A stretch of 64,000 nucleotides of DNA from an uncultured Chloroflexia bacterium (GCA_963810095.1 CAWEMM010000013.1:1-64000), one strand, 5' to 3'; shown: positions 28,636-39,525, counted from the stretch's first letter. Notes: a model not told the origin generated them from the letters alone. A program made the numbers and translations.

Positions 28636-28818
28636 ACGAGCTCATAGAGGGCGCGGGGGAGGTCGCGGCCGTGCGCTCACCTCCGCCTCGCAACCAGGCA
28701 GCGGGCGCCGTTGTCCGCTGCCGCGCTGGCTTCGACGGAACCCCGCGCGACGGTTTGTTCGTTCTGTTCATCGCATGTTGATTAATGACGACTACTGCAA
28801 CAGAGGAAAGAGATCGAG

Positions 28819-30054
28819 ATGATTGGTTCGACAAACAAGCCGAACGCCGGTGCGGCAGACACGTTTTTCGACGCGGACTTCCTCGCCGATCCATATCCAA
28901 AGCTGGCACGCCTTCGTGACCAGGGCGGCGTGGTGCCGTTCCAGAAGCTGTTCGGCCGCCAGCTGTGGTTGGTCACCCGATACGACGAGGCGGTCGCCGT
29001 CTTGAAGGACCAGCGTTTTTCGGTCGACTGGGAGCGCATGTTTAGGGGGCCGGTGGGCTGGATTGCCAAGCGCGTGAGTGGGGTGGGCAGCTTCGACCTG
29101 AACAACTCCATGATCGGGATGGATGAGCCCGACCATTCGCGGCTGCGGGGACTTGTGTCCAAGGCGTTCACCCCGCGCTTCATCGAGGGCCTGCGCCCCC
29201 GGGTCCAGTTCCTCGCAGATGAATTGCTGGACCGGGTGCAAGAACGCGGCGCGATGGACCTCGTGAACGACTACGCGTACCCGTTGCCCATCAACGTGAT
29301 CTCCGACATGCTGGGTATCCCCGAGAGCGGGCGCGAGGATATCAAGGATTGGTCGCAGGCGATCACGGGCGCGAGCATGGGGAAGCCCGACCAGGCACGG
29401 CGGGCCAAGCTCGACGAGTTCGCCGCCTACGTGAGGCATCTGGCAGCTGCCAAGCGGGCAAATCCGGGCGACGACCTGATCAGCCAGCTCGTTCAGGCTG
29501 AAGGCGCCGGCGAGAGCCTCAGCGAGACCGAGCTATACTCGATGGTCACGTTGTTGATCTTTGCAGGGCACGAGACGACGTCAAACCTGATCGGCCTGGG
29601 CACGCTGGCGCTACTGGACCACCCCGAGCAACTCGAACGGGTCAAGGCCGACCCGAGCCTGGTCCCGGCCGCAGTCGAGGAGATGCTGCGCTTCGCCACG
29701 CCGGTCACGTCGCCCGCGCCGCGCTTCGCTTTAGAAGACGTGGAGGTCGGCGGGCAGCGGATTCGCAAGGGTGAGGTGGCGATGGTGCTGCTGTCGTCGG
29801 CAAACCGCGATCATGGCCAGTTCGTGAATGGGGACGCGATGAACCTGACGCGCGAGGAGAACAAGCACATCGCGTTTGGTCAGGGAATCCACTACTGCCT
29901 CGGCGCGCCCCTGGCTCGGCTGGAGGGCGAGGTCGCGTTCCGCACCCTGCTGGACAGGACGCCAAACCTACGACTGGCGATCCCGCGAAACGAGGTAGCA
30001 TGGCGAGGCGCGATGAACCTGCGGGGGCTCGTGTCGCTGCCGGTGGCATTCTGA
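28819..30054 (+). CDS. Cytochrome P450 (CYP107-like)
   Basis: AGHETT, EEMLR and heme motif FGQGIHYCLG. Confidence 0.95.
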   Translation: MIGSTNKPNAGAADTFFDADFLADPYPKLARLRDQGGVVPFQKLFGRQLWLVTRYDEAVAVLKDQRFSVDWERMFRGPVGWIAKRVSGVGSFDLNNSMIGMDEPDHSRLRGLVSKAFTPRFIEGLRPRVQFLADELLDRVQERGAMDLVNDYAYPLPINVISDMLGIPESGREDIKDWSQAITGASMGKPDQARRAKLDEFAAYVRHLAAAKRANPGDDLISQLVQAEGAGESLSETELYSMVTLLIFAGHETTSNLIGLGTLALLDHPEQLERVKADPSLVPAAVEEMLRFATPVTSPAPRFALEDVEVGGQRIRKGEVAMVLLSSANRDHGQFVNGDAMNLTREENKHIAFGQGIHYCLGAPLARLEGEVAFRTLLDRTPNLRLAIPRNEVAWRGAMNLRGLVSLPVAF

Positions 30055-30218
30055 GTCGCCCGGGGCCGCGGGGTGTGGCGACGTGCGCGTCAGGGTGGGC
30101 TCCCCGCTACCCGCGGTCCTCTCCCCGCGGCCGCTGCGCATGCCCTCCGGGTCTTCGATGTGCGGGCCGCGGGGTGCCCTGCAACCGCCCCTACATGACC
30201 TGGGGTTGTTAGGCTCGC

Positions 30219-31118
30219 TTAGCCGGGGCTGCCGCCCTGCATGGCTAGGGCAATGGCCCCTAGCACGCCGGCGCGCCGGCCCAGACCCGCGCGGCGGATA
30301 TAGTCTTCGAGCCCCGGCTTGAGCCAGGGCGACGCGATGTAGCCGTTGAGCGCGCGTTCCGTTTCCCGGCGGATGCGATCGAGCAGATGCTGCTGCTCGA
30401 GTACCCCTCCGCCTAGGATGATCCCTTGCGGCGCGACCGTGCAGGTGAGGTTAGAAAGCGCCAGCCCGAGGTAGCGGGCTTCAAGGTCCCAGGCAGGGTG
30501 ATCGGGTGGCAAGGTTTCTGCGGGCCGGCCCCACCGTTTCGCAAGTGCGGGACCCGCCGCCAGCCCTTCCAGGCAGTCGCCATGATAGGGGCAGGCACCG
30601 GGAAACGGATCGGCCGCGAGGTCATGCGGGAGGTACATGTGCCCGATCTCCGGGTGCTGCAGCCCGTGCACCGGGCCGCCCCGGCAGAGCAGTCCGCCGC
30701 CGATACCCGTGCCGACCGTGATGTAAACCAGCGGATCGCGGCCGCGGCCCGCACCCCACAAGCTCTCGGCCAGCGCGGCCGCGTTGACATCGGTGTCCAT
30801 GTAGACCGGGATGTCAAGTGCCTCGCGCAGCGTCCCCAGCACGTCGACGCGCGACCAGCCCGCCTTCGGTGTCGTCGTAATGAAGCCGAAGGTGCTTGAC
30901 TGTGGGTCGAGGTCGAGTGGGCCGAAAGATGCCACGCCCAGCGATTGCAGCGGCTTCCCAAGTGCGGCCTTGCGGAAGAAATCAAGCGCCCGCCCGAGCG
31001 TCTCCAGGGGCGTGGTGGTCGGAAAACTGGTCTCGGCCAACACTTCGTCCGGTCCGCTTGCCACCGCGCAGACGAACTTGGTTCCCCCCGCTTCGATCCC
31101 TCCGTACAGCGTTGCCAT
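30219..31118 (-). CDS. ROK family fructokinase
   Basis: GGIEAGGTK, DTDVN, GTGIGGG, HPEIGH and CPYHGDCLEG. Confidence 0.9.
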   Translation of the reverse strand: MATLYGGIEAGGTKFVCAVASGPDEVLAETSFPTTTPLETLGRALDFFRKAALGKPLQSLGVASFGPLDLDPQSSTFGFITTTPKAGWSRVDVLGTLREALDIPVYMDTDVNAAALAESLWGAGRGRDPLVYITVGTGIGGGLLCRGGPVHGLQHPEIGHMYLPHDLAADPFPGACPYHGDCLEGLAAGPALAKRWGRPAETLPPDHPAWDLEARYLGLALSNLTCTVAPQGIILGGGVLEQQHLLDRIRRETERALNGYIASPWLKPGLEDYIRRAGLGRRAGVLGAIALAMQGGSPG

Positions 31119-31332
31119 GGTCGCTCCTGATCGCATGCCTTGTGCCAAGCCTCGGCAGCGATTATAGCGCAAAGTGCGGATTCCGCATGGATCAAGCGCA
31201 GCTTTTGTGACGGGCCGACCACGCACGGCTGTCTCAGGTCCCGGCGCTCCGTGCCCCGAAGATCGCATTGCGTCAATTGGCCGGGGGTGCTACACTTGTG
31301 CCATACTTGATCCTGGTTGGGGAGGGGCGGTT

Positions 31333-31728
31333 GTGCAGCACCTGCGTATATCGTTGCTCGTGATGCTCTTGGTCCTCGTGTCTTGCGCAGGGCAGCCCGC
31401 CGCCGGGCCGGCTGCGCCAATCCCCGCCGCCACGACCACCGCGACCCCTGGTCCACGTCTCTATGAGTTCTTCTCGCCCCTCTGAAGCACCTGCCGAGAG
31501 GTGCTGCCCACCGTGCGGGGGCTGGAGAAGGAGTACGCGGGGCGAATCACGTTCGTGCGCGTGAACGTGCTTGACGACGACAACATCGCACTCATCAAGC
31601 AGTTCGGCTTCAGCGCGACCCCCGAGCTCTACCTGGTCGACCGTGCGGGTAAGGTGGTGCGTTTTTGGAATGAGGAGGTGAGCGCGGACGAGCTGCGCGC
31701 CGCCTTCGAGCAGGTCTTGAGACCCTGA
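31333..31728 (+). CDS. Thioredoxin-like lipoprotein with in-frame UGA (U-S-T-C), probable selenoprotein
   Basis: GGAGG RBS + GTG; lipobox LVSC; YEFFSPL-TGA(31483)-STC continues in frame into a Trx fold (FVRVNV...ATPELYLVD..G.VV). Confidence 0.8.
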
Positions 31729-31836
31729 GAGCAACTGTAAGGGGCGAACGCTCCGCCCGCCGGGCGGCACTTCGAAAGTGCTTGGCACCTCACGCAAGCT
31801 CATTTTGCGACAGGTTGAGATATTGGGAGGACAGCG

Positions 31837-32223
31837 ATGGACGATCGACTCGAGCGCAACAAGCAGGCGGTGATGGCGTTCTACGATCTCATGTTTAACC
31901 AGTGCCAGCCCGCCGAGGCGATGGCAGCCTACGCCGGAGCGGTCTACATCCAGCATAACCCTGCCGTTCCCGACGGCAAGGCGGCCTTCATCGAGTACTT
32001 CACGCGCATGGCGCAGGAATACCCGGGTAAGCGCGTCAACTTCAAGCGGGCGATCGCCGAGGGCGACTATGTCGTGCTCCACTGCTACCAGCAATGGCCG
32101 GGCGACTCGGATTGGGCGGGCATCGACATCTTCCGCCTCGACGAAGACGGCAAGGTCGTGGAACATTGGGACGTCCTCCAGCGCGTCCCCGACCAGTCGG
32201 CCAACGGCAATACCATGTTCTAA
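31837..32223 (+). CDS. SnoaL/NTF2-like protein
   Basis: [16 protein letters not shown] and DIFRL...VVEHWDV. Confidence 0.88.
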   Translation: MDDRLERNKQAVMAFYDLMFNQCQPAEAMAAYAGAVYIQHNPAVPDGKAAFIEYFTRMAQEYPGKRVNFKRAIAEGDYVVLHCYQQWPGDSDWAGIDIFRLDEDGKVVEHWDVLQRVPDQSANGNTMF

Positions 32224-32422
32224 AATAACCGCAAAGTGGAAAGCAGTCACATAGGGCGAGCATTGGCTCGCCCTATGTGAGTGTGCGCAACCCCGTCTCG
32301 CGATTAGTTTCGTCCTGCCCACGTTTGCGGTGGTTGCGCAGCGCTCCGGCGCCTATGCCCTGCAAACGCTCCTGCGTCACCCGAGCTCCAACTCCCAGCC
32401 GCGCAATTCAGGGCCTAAATCG

Positions 32423-32448
32423 GGAGCATTTTGTTCACCGCCGTCGTT
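32423..32448 (+). promoter_or_regulatory. Candidate ECF-sigma promoter
   Basis: GGAGC-N17-CGTT upstream of stress repeat protein 1. Confidence 0.5.
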
Positions 32449-32645
32449 TGTATTAGTACTCTGCCAGCTGGACGCTGTGAACTGGCGTTTGCGATGTCCC
32501 GGTGTTCCTTCTGGCGGCTGTAGTGAAACGATGCGGCGCATGTTCACCGCAAGCATTGCAGTATGCGCACATCATGGACCTGTGTCTCGCACGGCCGGCC
32601 TTTTGCCTGCGAGCCGGGACGGACCTGTACCGAGAGGAGTAACAA

Positions 32646-33959
32646 ATGGACCGGACAGTTGTAGCCTTGTTTGACGACGTGGATACCGCGCAACGGGCAT
32701 TGGAAGAGTTGCTGAGCAACGGCTTCGATCGTAACGACGTCAGCGTCGTTCGCACCAACGCGAAGGGCGACTACGCGACAGGATCGACGACAGACACCAG
32801 CGCGGCTGACGCCAGCGGCGCAGCCGCGGGTGCGGGCATTGGCGCCGCACTCGGCGGCATCGCCGGCCTGGTGATCGGCCTCGGCGTGCTGGCGATTCCC
32901 GGCCTGGGCCCCGTGATTGCTGCGGGCCCGCTGGCCACGACGCTGGCAGGCGCAGGGATTGGCGCGGCGGCCGGTGGTATCATCGGCGCCCTGACCGATG
33001 TGGGCATTCCCGAGAATGAGGCAGGATACTACGCCGAGGGCATTCGCCGCGGCGGCACCCTCCTGACGGTGCGCGCGAGCGACGACAAAGTAACCCGCGC
33101 GACGCAGATCCTGAACCGCTTCTCGCCCGTGGACATCAACCAGCGGGCGACTGAGTGGCGTTCGTCGGGTTGGAGCGAGTTCGATTCGAATGCCAAGCCC
33201 TACGAATCCGGCACGGGTGCAACGACTGCCAGCGGCAGCTATTCGGGCACGAGCGGCTCCTACGCCGGAAGCGGCGCTGGGATGAGCGGCTCCTATTCGG
33301 GCGCCGGCATGGGCGCTACGGGCAGCGCCTATTCCAGCCGCTTCGAGGATTTCGACAACGACTTCCGCAGCGACTGGCAGCGGCGCTACTCGACTTCTGG
33401 TTACGGCTACGAGCGCTACCAGCCCGCCTATCGCTACGGCTACGAGGCGCGCAATCGCTACGAGGGCCGCAACTGGAACGACGTCGAGTCTGACCTGCGT
33501 TCAGACTGGCAGCGCAACCATCCCGGCGATGCGTGGGAAGACTTCAAAGACTCGGTCAAGACCGGCTGGGAGCGCTTCAAGAGCAACGTGAGTGGCGCAG
33601 CGAGCGACGTGCGCCAAGGTGCACAGGAAACGAGCTACGACGCACAGCGGTCCTTTGACCGCACCACCAGCGACATGAGCCGGAGCTTCGACCGCTACGA
33701 CCGCGACTTCCGGAGCGATTACGACCGGTCATTCCGCTCGAGCGGCTACGGCTACGAGCGGTACCAGCCCGCCTACCAGTACGGTTACGGGCTGGCGACG
33801 GAGAACCGCTACCGGGGGCGGAACTGGAACGATATCGAGGCCGACGCCCGGCGGGACTGGGAAACGCGGCACCCGAGCGACGCGTGGGATGACTTCAAGG
33901 ACGCGGTTCAGCATGCCTGGCAGCGCGTCCGTGCCGACGTCAAAGACGCGGTCGACTGA
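32646..33959 (+). CDS. General-stress (YflT/17M-like) Gly-zipper protein with two C-terminal Trp/Tyr-rich repeats, paralog 1
   Basis: TVVALFD, Gly-zipper AIPGLGPVIAAGP, YAEGIRRGG; 2x YERYQPAY.YGY...W.D.E...R.DW...HP.DAW.DFKD. Confidence 0.8.
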   Translation: MDRTVVALFDDVDTAQRALEELLSNGFDRNDVSVVRTNAKGDYATGSTTDTSAADASGAAAGAGIGAALGGIAGLVIGLGVLAIPGLGPVIAAGPLATTLAGAGIGAAAGGIIGALTDVGIPENEAGYYAEGIRRGGTLLTVRASDDKVTRATQILNRFSPVDINQRATEWRSSGWSEFDSNAKPYESGTGATTASGSYSGTSGSYAGSGAGMSGSYSGAGMGATGSAYSSRFEDFDNDFRSDWQRRYSTSGYGYERYQPAYRYGYEARNRYEGRNWNDVESDLRSDWQRNHPGDAWEDFKDSVKTGWERFKSNVSGAASDVRQGAQETSYDAQRSFDRTTSDMSRSFDRYDRDFRSDYDRSFRSSGYGYERYQPAYQYGYGLATENRYRGRNWNDIEADARRDWETRHPSDAWDDFKDAVQHAWQRVRADVKDAVD

Positions 33960-34030
33960 GGGATGCCGGTAGCAAGCGCTTCGAGGTTTACGTAACTCCG
34001 AAGGCTTGAACCGGACGTAGATTAAGCAGC

Positions 34031-34083
34031 GACCTCCCGGGCGGCGCCACGACGAAGCGGCGCACCCGGGAGGTCTCGTTTTT
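34031..34083. terminator. Hairpin between convergent stress gene and cox operon
   Basis: GACCTCCCGGG...CCCGGGAGGTC followed by TTTTT. Confidence 0.65.
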
Positions 34084-34131
34084 GTGGCGGCCCGGCGCGC
34101 TCAGCACGGATGGGGCTGGCTCGCAGGGGGA

Positions 34132-34437
34132 TTAGTGGCCCGGCACGCTGAGCCAGGTTCGTGTCAGGTAGTCGTCCAGTACCCCGACGATCAGAATGCC
34201 AAACCAGAAGAGCGCGACGATAATGACGATCTTGGTGATGGGCCCGCTGTGCCGCACGTTCATGAAGAAGAGCACGACGAGCGCTGCCTTCGCCGCAGCA
34301 AACGCCAGCGCCACCGCCCCGTGCCATGGACCCAACGGGATGAACGACGCGCCAATGGTGCCCAACGTCAGCAGGGCTAACAGAATTGCGACGAATACGT
34401 AAGTTCGGATTGGTGTAATTTCTTCGTGCATCGTCAA
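34132..34437 (-). CDS. ctaF: Cytochrome c oxidase subunit IV
   Basis: Three TM helices, KAALVVLFFMNV, last gene of the cox operon. Confidence 0.85.
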   Translation of the reverse strand: MTMHEEITPIRTYVFVAILLALLTLGTIGASFIPLGPWHGAVALAFAAAKAALVVLFFMNVRHSGPITKIVIIVALFWFGILIVGVLDDYLTRTWLSVPGH

Positions 34438-34441
34438 TCGC

Positions 34442-35095
34442 TCACCGGATCATGTAGAAGAGGCCAAACAGGAACAGCCAGATCACATCGACAAAGTGCC
34501 AGTACAGCCCCATCTGCTCCACCCGCGTATAGCGGGGGCCGAGAAATGAACCCCGGAAGCCGCGGACCGCCACGATCAGCACCAACACGATCCCGATAAT
34601 CATGTGCGCTGCATGCACGCCCGTCATGGCAAAGTAGAGAAAGAAAAACAGCGCCTGCACGTTTGCGTTCGGCGCCCGTGTGTAATCGTAGTTGAACCCC
34701 GGTGCCAGCCCCTCGTGCCAGTGCTGCCAGTACTCGAATCCCTTGATGCCCAGAAACACCATGCCCAGCGCCGCCGTGGCGAGCAGGAAGAACACCAGCA
34801 CCTTGCGCTGCCCCAGCTGCGCACCCCGTACCGCCAACACCATCATCAGGCTGCTGAAGATCAGCACGAACGTGTTGATCGAGCCGGCCACCACGTTTTG
34901 GTGCTGCGCGGCCTCGGCGAACGCCTCAGGATAAATCGTGCGGAAGATCAGGTAGGCCAGGAACATTCCGCCAAAGAACATGACCTCCGTCGCCAGGAAC
35001 ACCCACATCCCCAGCAGATTGGCGGTATGCTGCTGCTCCCACGTCTCAAAATGATGATCGACGTGTCCTGCGCCGCTGTCATAGGGCTTTTCCAC
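34442..35095 (-). CDS. ctaE: Cytochrome c oxidase subunit III
   Basis: GMWVFLATEVMFF, TGVHAAHM and YWHFVD. Confidence 0.93.
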   Translation of the reverse strand: MEKPYDSGAGHVDHHFETWEQQHTANLLGMWVFLATEVMFFGGMFLAYLIFRTIYPEAFAEAAQHQNVVAGSINTFVLIFSSLMMVLAVRGAQLGQRKVLVFFLLATAALGMVFLGIKGFEYWQHWHEGLAPGFNYDYTRAPNANVQALFFFLYFAMTGVHAAHMIIGIVLVLIVAVRGFRGSFLGPRYTRVEQMGLYWHFVDVIWLFLFGLFYMIR

Positions 35096-35106
35096 AACAA
35101 CTCCTT

Positions 35107-35201
35107 AATGGTCCACAGATTGACCTGATCGAGCCGATCCACCTGATCTCTCTGGGGTCGATCAAGAAGATCAGTTCGATCAGTCCGATCTGCGTCCTAT
35201 T
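35107..35201. repeat. Family A palindromic element, copy 4 (overlaps the ctaD stop codon)
   Basis: CACAGATTGACCTGATCGAGCCGATCCACCTGATC...GATCAGTTCGATCAGTCCGATCTGCGTCCTAT. Confidence 0.8.
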
Positions 35202-36825
35202 CAGCTTCCGCCAAGATCACATCCTTGATCGCGTCGTAATCGTACGCCTCGTGTGTCACGCACGGAATCTCGTAGAAGTTCTCGGGCGGGGGCGGGGAGG
35301 CCGTAGTCCACTCCAGCCCCGTCGCGCCCCACGGATTGTTCGGTGCGCGCTTGCCCCGCCAGATCGATGGGATCAGGTAGAACAGCGGCATGACGTAGCC
35401 CACGATCAACACCAGCGACCCCAGGCTCGACAGGATGTTCAGCAGTTGGTACTCGGGCGGGTACACCGCATAGCGCCGTGGCATGCCCTGGATGCCCAGG
35501 ATGAACTGGGGGAAGAAGGTCAGGTTGAACCCGACGAACGTGATGATGGCCGCGATTTGCCCCATACGCTCCGGGTACATGCGCCCCGTGATCTTCGGCC
35601 ACCAGTAATGGATGCCGCCGATATAGGCCATCACCATGCCCCCCACCATGATGTAGTGGAAGTGCGCGATGACGAAGTAGGTGTCGTGGACGTGCGCGTC
35701 AAACGCGAGCGCGGCGAGCCACAGTCCCGTCAGGCCCCCGATCACGAACAGGCCGATGAAGCCGATCATGTAGAGCATCGGCGCTTTGAACGAGATGGAG
35801 CCGTCCCACATCGTCAGGCTCCAGTTGAAGACCTTCACCGCGGATGGGATCGCCACCGCGAAGCTCAGGCCCGAGAAGACCAGCGAGGCATGGATCGATT
35901 GGCCCGCGACAAACATGTGGTGGCCCCATACCAGGAAGCCGAAGATCGCGATCGCGAGGCTCGAACCGGCGATGAACCGGTAGCCGAAGGGCCGGTTGCG
36001 CGTGAAGGTGGAGATCACCTCGCTTACCACGCCCATCCCCGGCAGAATCATGATGTAGACCGCGGGGTGCGAGTAGAACCAGAACAGGTGTTGGAACAGG
36101 ATTGGGTCGCCACCCAGCGCGGGATCGAAGATGCCCACGTGCAGCACCCGCTCGGCGATCACCAGCAGCAGCGTGATGGCCAGCACCGGCGTTGCCAGCA
36201 CCAGGATCAGGCTCGTGGCGTACAGCGACCAGACGAACAGCGGCAGCCGGCCCCACGTCATGCCGGGCGCGCGCATCTTGTGCGTCGTCACGATGAAGTT
36301 CATACCGGTCAGGATGGATGAAAACCCGACGATAAAGATGCCCAGGGTCGTCCCCAGCACGTGGGTGTTGCTGCCGCTCGTGCTGTAGGGCGTGTAGAAC
36401 GTCCAGCCCGTATCGACGCCGCCGCTGAGCACCACGTAGAGCAGGAACACGACGCCGAACATGTAGATGTACCAGCTCAGGAGGTTCAGCTTGGGGAACG
36501 CCACGTCGCGCGCACCCAGCATCAAGGGCAGCAGGAAGTTGCCCAACACCGACGGGATGGACGGGATCAGGAAGAACCAGACCATCGTCACCCCGTGCAT
36601 GGTGAAGATCTTGTTGTACGTCGCGGGGTCGACCAGCCACGACACGGGCGAGACCAACTCCGCGCGGATCACCCCCGCGAACGCGCCGCCGACAAAGAAC
36701 ATCAGCGTCACCGAGATCATGTACAGGATCCCAATGCGTTTGTGGTCCGTCGTCAGCAGCCACGATTTGACCGAACTCGCCACGTTCAGATAGGTCGGAC
36801 GCCTATCGAGGGCCAATGCACTCAT
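35197..36825 (-). CDS. ctaD: Cytochrome c oxidase subunit I, A2-type
   Basis: [16 protein letters not shown] (YS motif of A2 enzymes), WGHHM and AHFHY. Confidence 0.96.
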   Translation of the reverse strand: MSALALDRRPTYLNVASSVKSWLLTTDHKRIGILYMISVTLMFFVGGAFAGVIRAELVSPVSWLVDPATYNKIFTMHGVTMVWFFLIPSIPSVLGNFLLPLMLGARDVAFPKLNLLSWYIYMFGVVFLLYVVLSGGVDTGWTFYTPYSTSGSNTHVLGTTLGIFIVGFSSILTGMNFIVTTHKMRAPGMTWGRLPLFVWSLYATSLILVLATPVLAITLLLVIAERVLHVGIFDPALGGDPILFQHLFWFYSHPAVYIMILPGMGVVSEVISTFTRNRPFGYRFIAGSSLAIAIFGFLVWGHHMFVAGQSIHASLVFSGLSFAVAIPSAVKVFNWSLTMWDGSISFKAPMLYMIGFIGLFVIGGLTGLWLAALAFDAHVHDTYFVIAHFHYIMVGGMVMAYIGGIHYWWPKITGRMYPERMGQIAAIITFVGFNLTFFPQFILGIQGMPRRYAVYPPEYQLLNILSSLGSLVLIVGYVMPLFYLIPSIWRGKRAPNNPWGATGLEWTTASPPPPENFYEIPCVTHEAYDYDAIKDVILAEAE

Positions 36826-36874
36826 GATCGCTCCTTAGAATCCGCTCGCCTCACGCCAGGTCACTTACGGTTCG

Positions 36875-37960
36875 TCAACTCCCAGGTGTCCGGGTCGCGG
36901 CCGGTGTGGCGCCCACGCCACCCGTTGCCCCGCCCGGAGCGCTTGTCCCCACCGGCACAGTTGCGCCCGGCGCGGCGGCGCCCCCGCCCCCGTCACCCAG
37001 CGACTGGATGTACGTAACCAGCGCAAACACCTCTTCGGTGCTTAGCCGGCCCTGATACGAGGGCATGATCGGTTGGAAGCCCTTGACCACTTGCGCCGAA
37101 GGGTTCAGGATCGACTCCCGGATGTAGTTCTCGTCGGCAACCACCGTCTGGCCGTTCGCCAACTCGACCTGTTTTCCGAACACCCCGTTCAGCGACGGCG
37201 CCGGCGCGCCTGCGGCGCCCGTGTGACATCCGATGCATCCGGACTGCTGGAACAGCTGCGCCCCCGCAGCAGCCGTCGTCGCACCGCCGCCAGCTCCGCC
37301 CGCACCGGGTGTACCCCCGGCGCCTGCAGCGGGCGCGCCTCCTCCGCCGCTCCACGCCTGGAAGTCGGCCTCTGACATGACGATGATATCGCCCACCATT
37401 ACCGCATGCCCGGTGCCGCAATACTGCGAGCAGAAGAGCCGGTAGGTGCCCACTTCGGTCGGCCGGAACCACTGGGTCGTATACCGGCCCGGCACCACGT
37501 CGGTGTGGATGCGGAACGCGGGCACGTAGAAATCATGGATGACGTCTTCAGACGTCATGATCAACTTGTAGTCCTTGTTCACCTGCAGGTGAACCGCGTT
37601 GATCTCTTTCTGGCCGTTCTGGTGCTGCGCCTTCCACATCCACATGCGCCCCGTAATGAACACCGGCTCCGCATTGGGCGGCGGATTGAACATGTTGATG
37701 TACGAGCCGCCGGCCCAGAGAAACATGCCCAGCGACAGCACGCCCAGAAACGCCATCCCGCCCCACTCGAGCTTGGTGTTGCCGCCGCTGCCCGTGCCAA
37801 AGTGATCGGGCGAGCGGCGCCGGTAGCGCACCGCGGCCACGATGATGATCGCGGCCACGAGGATCGTGAAGAACGCGCTCAGCAGGAGCAGCACCAGGAA
37901 AATCCTGTCGACGGCTTGCGCCGACGTCGATGCCTGCGGTGGGAGGAACGGTATCTTCAT
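36875..37960 (-). CDS. ctaC: Cytochrome c oxidase subunit II with fused cytochrome c (caa3)
   Basis: DVIH, CuA motif CSQYCGTGHAVM and C-terminal CIGCH...MP. Confidence 0.95.
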   Translation of the reverse strand: MKIPFLPPQASTSAQAVDRIFLVLLLLSAFFTILVAAIIIVAAVRYRRRSPDHFGTGSGGNTKLEWGGMAFLGVLSLGMFLWAGGSYINMFNPPPNAEPVFITGRMWMWKAQHQNGQKEINAVHLQVNKDYKLIMTSEDVIHDFYVPAFRIHTDVVPGRYTTQWFRPTEVGTYRLFCSQYCGTGHAVMVGDIIVMSEADFQAWSGGGGAPAAGAGGTPGAGGAGGGATTAAAGAQLFQQSGCIGCHTGAAGAPAPSLNGVFGKQVELANGQTVVADENYIRESILNPSAQVVKGFQPIMPSYQGRLSTEEVFALVTYIQSLGDGGGGAAAPGATVPVGTSAPGGATGGVGATPAATRTPGS

Positions 37961-37963
37961 CGC

Positions 37964-38986
37964 CTACTCCTCGCCGTCCCTGGCGGCAGCCTCGCCGTCG
38001 CCGACGGCCGCCTCGCCGTCGCCCTCGGCCGCGGCCGGCGTCCCGGCCTGAGCCCGCGCTTGGGCCAGCGCCACATCCTCTTTGCGCCCCCGCAGATCGC
38101 GGCGCCACATCACGCCGATGAAGGAGCCGAGCATGAGCATGGTCAGCACGCCGCCGGCCCGCACGAGGCCGAGCGCGATGTTCGTGTACCGGCCCGTTGA
38201 CACGTCGTAGTGGTAGCACAGCAGCAGAACGGGAGTGATTGGGCTGCTGATCTTGCCCTGGCTGGCCTCGTAGATGGCCAGGCGCAGGTCGTTCGGCGGG
38301 AAGTCCATGCCGTAAAGGTACCGCGCGATGCGCCCCTCCGGCGTCAGCAGGATCACGCCGACCGGGTGCGCAAAGCTCTTGCTCTGTGCGTCGTAGGCGT
38401 ATTTGAGCCCGACGGCCTCGGTCAGCCTGTGAATCACGGGATCGTCGGCCGTCAGGAAGTGCCAGCCGTCCGCACCGTCGGGCGCGTCGGGCCGCTTGTA
38501 GCGGCGCACGACCTCGTCGCGCATCGATGTCGCGTCTTGCGCCGTGTTCGTCGGGTTCAGGCTGATGGCCAGCGCCTTGTAATCGCTCCCCAGTTTGAAC
38601 GTGACCTGGTCCATCGCATCGACCAGGTTCTGCAACTCGAGGGGGCAGAGATCCTGGCACGTAAAATCGTTTATCGAAATCAGCAGCGGCTGCTGGCCCA
38701 GGTAATCGTGCAGCCTGACCTCTTTGCCCGTTTCGTCGCGGAAGGCCAGGTCCAGCGGGACCTGCGCGTCGAGATGGGGGTCGAAGCGTACCTCGCGCAT
38801 GTCGATCACTTCGGCAGCGCTGTGGGCCGCGCTGTCGGCCGAGTCCGCAGTAATGGCCGGCCCGCTAGCCCCAGGTTCCGGTGTCCCTCCATGGCTGGCG
38901 ACCTCAGCCAGGGCGACAGCAGGTGCTAACGCCGCACCCGCCACCAGCGCCAGGCCGGTCAGAAGGAGGAAGAAACGTCTCCTCAT
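37964..38986 (-). CDS. SCO1/SenC family copper chaperone
   Basis: CQDLC and FAH motifs; signal peptide and C-terminal TM. Confidence 0.88.
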   Translation of the reverse strand: MRRRFFLLLTGLALVAGAALAPAVALAEVASHGGTPEPGASGPAITADSADSAAHSAAEVIDMREVRFDPHLDAQVPLDLAFRDETGKEVRLHDYLGQQPLLISINDFTCQDLCPLELQNLVDAMDQVTFKLGSDYKALAISLNPTNTAQDATSMRDEVVRRYKRPDAPDGADGWHFLTADDPVIHRLTEAVGLKYAYDAQSKSFAHPVGVILLTPEGRIARYLYGMDFPPNDLRLAIYEASQGKISSPITPVLLLCYHYDVSTGRYTNIALGLVRAGGVLTMLMLGSFIGVMWRRDLRGRKEDVALAQARAQAGTPAAAEGDGEAAVGDGEAAARDGEE

Positions 38987-39525
38987 GGGATACTCTCCGA
39001 TGTCCTGCCCGAACTCGACCCCTGCAGCAGCAATGTGCCGGCAGGCGCTTGCCCATCGGCCTGCCCGCGCACGGGAAGGCCGCGCTGAGCGGTGAGTTCG
39101 ACGGCGCGATCGATCGGCAGGCTGACCTTGCCGGCCCCTTGATCGATCCACGTGTAGTTGTTCAAGATCGCATCTTCTTTCGCATGCAGCGCACCCAGGA
39201 TTTCGCCGTTCGCAACCTCCAGCCGCGGCTGGGGTGGCGGCGTCACCTTCGGCACATCCTCGACGACCGGCCGGATCGGGCCCGTGTGGCCGAGCATGGC
39301 GCGTTCGAACACGGTGACCGCGATCACCAGCGCGGTGACCGAGACCGCCAGCAACAGGAGCCAGCGCACCACCTGGCGCGTCCGCATGTCGCGCAATTCA
39401 TGGCCGGACTCCAAGGATTCGTCTTCCGGGCTGAGCCCGCGGCCCAGCGGCCCGCCTCCGTGGGTGGCCGCGGGTCGCCGCGGGATAATCCGCTCATTCG
39501 CCGGCCGGTCGCCTGGTCTAGCCAT
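38983..39525 (-). CDS. actG: ActG-like single-TM subunit of alternative complex III
   Basis: GHELRD, TM helix, PPQPRLE, LNNYTWID...LPIDRAVE; position after actF. Confidence 0.65.
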   Translation of the reverse strand: MARPGDRPANERIIPRRPAATHGGGPLGRGLSPEDESLESGHELRDMRTRQVVRWLLLLAVSVTALVIAVTVFERAMLGHTGPIRPVVEDVPKVTPPPQPRLEVANGEILGALHAKEDAILNNYTWIDQGAGKVSLPIDRAVELTAQRGLPVRGQADGQAPAGTLLLQGSSSGRTSESIP

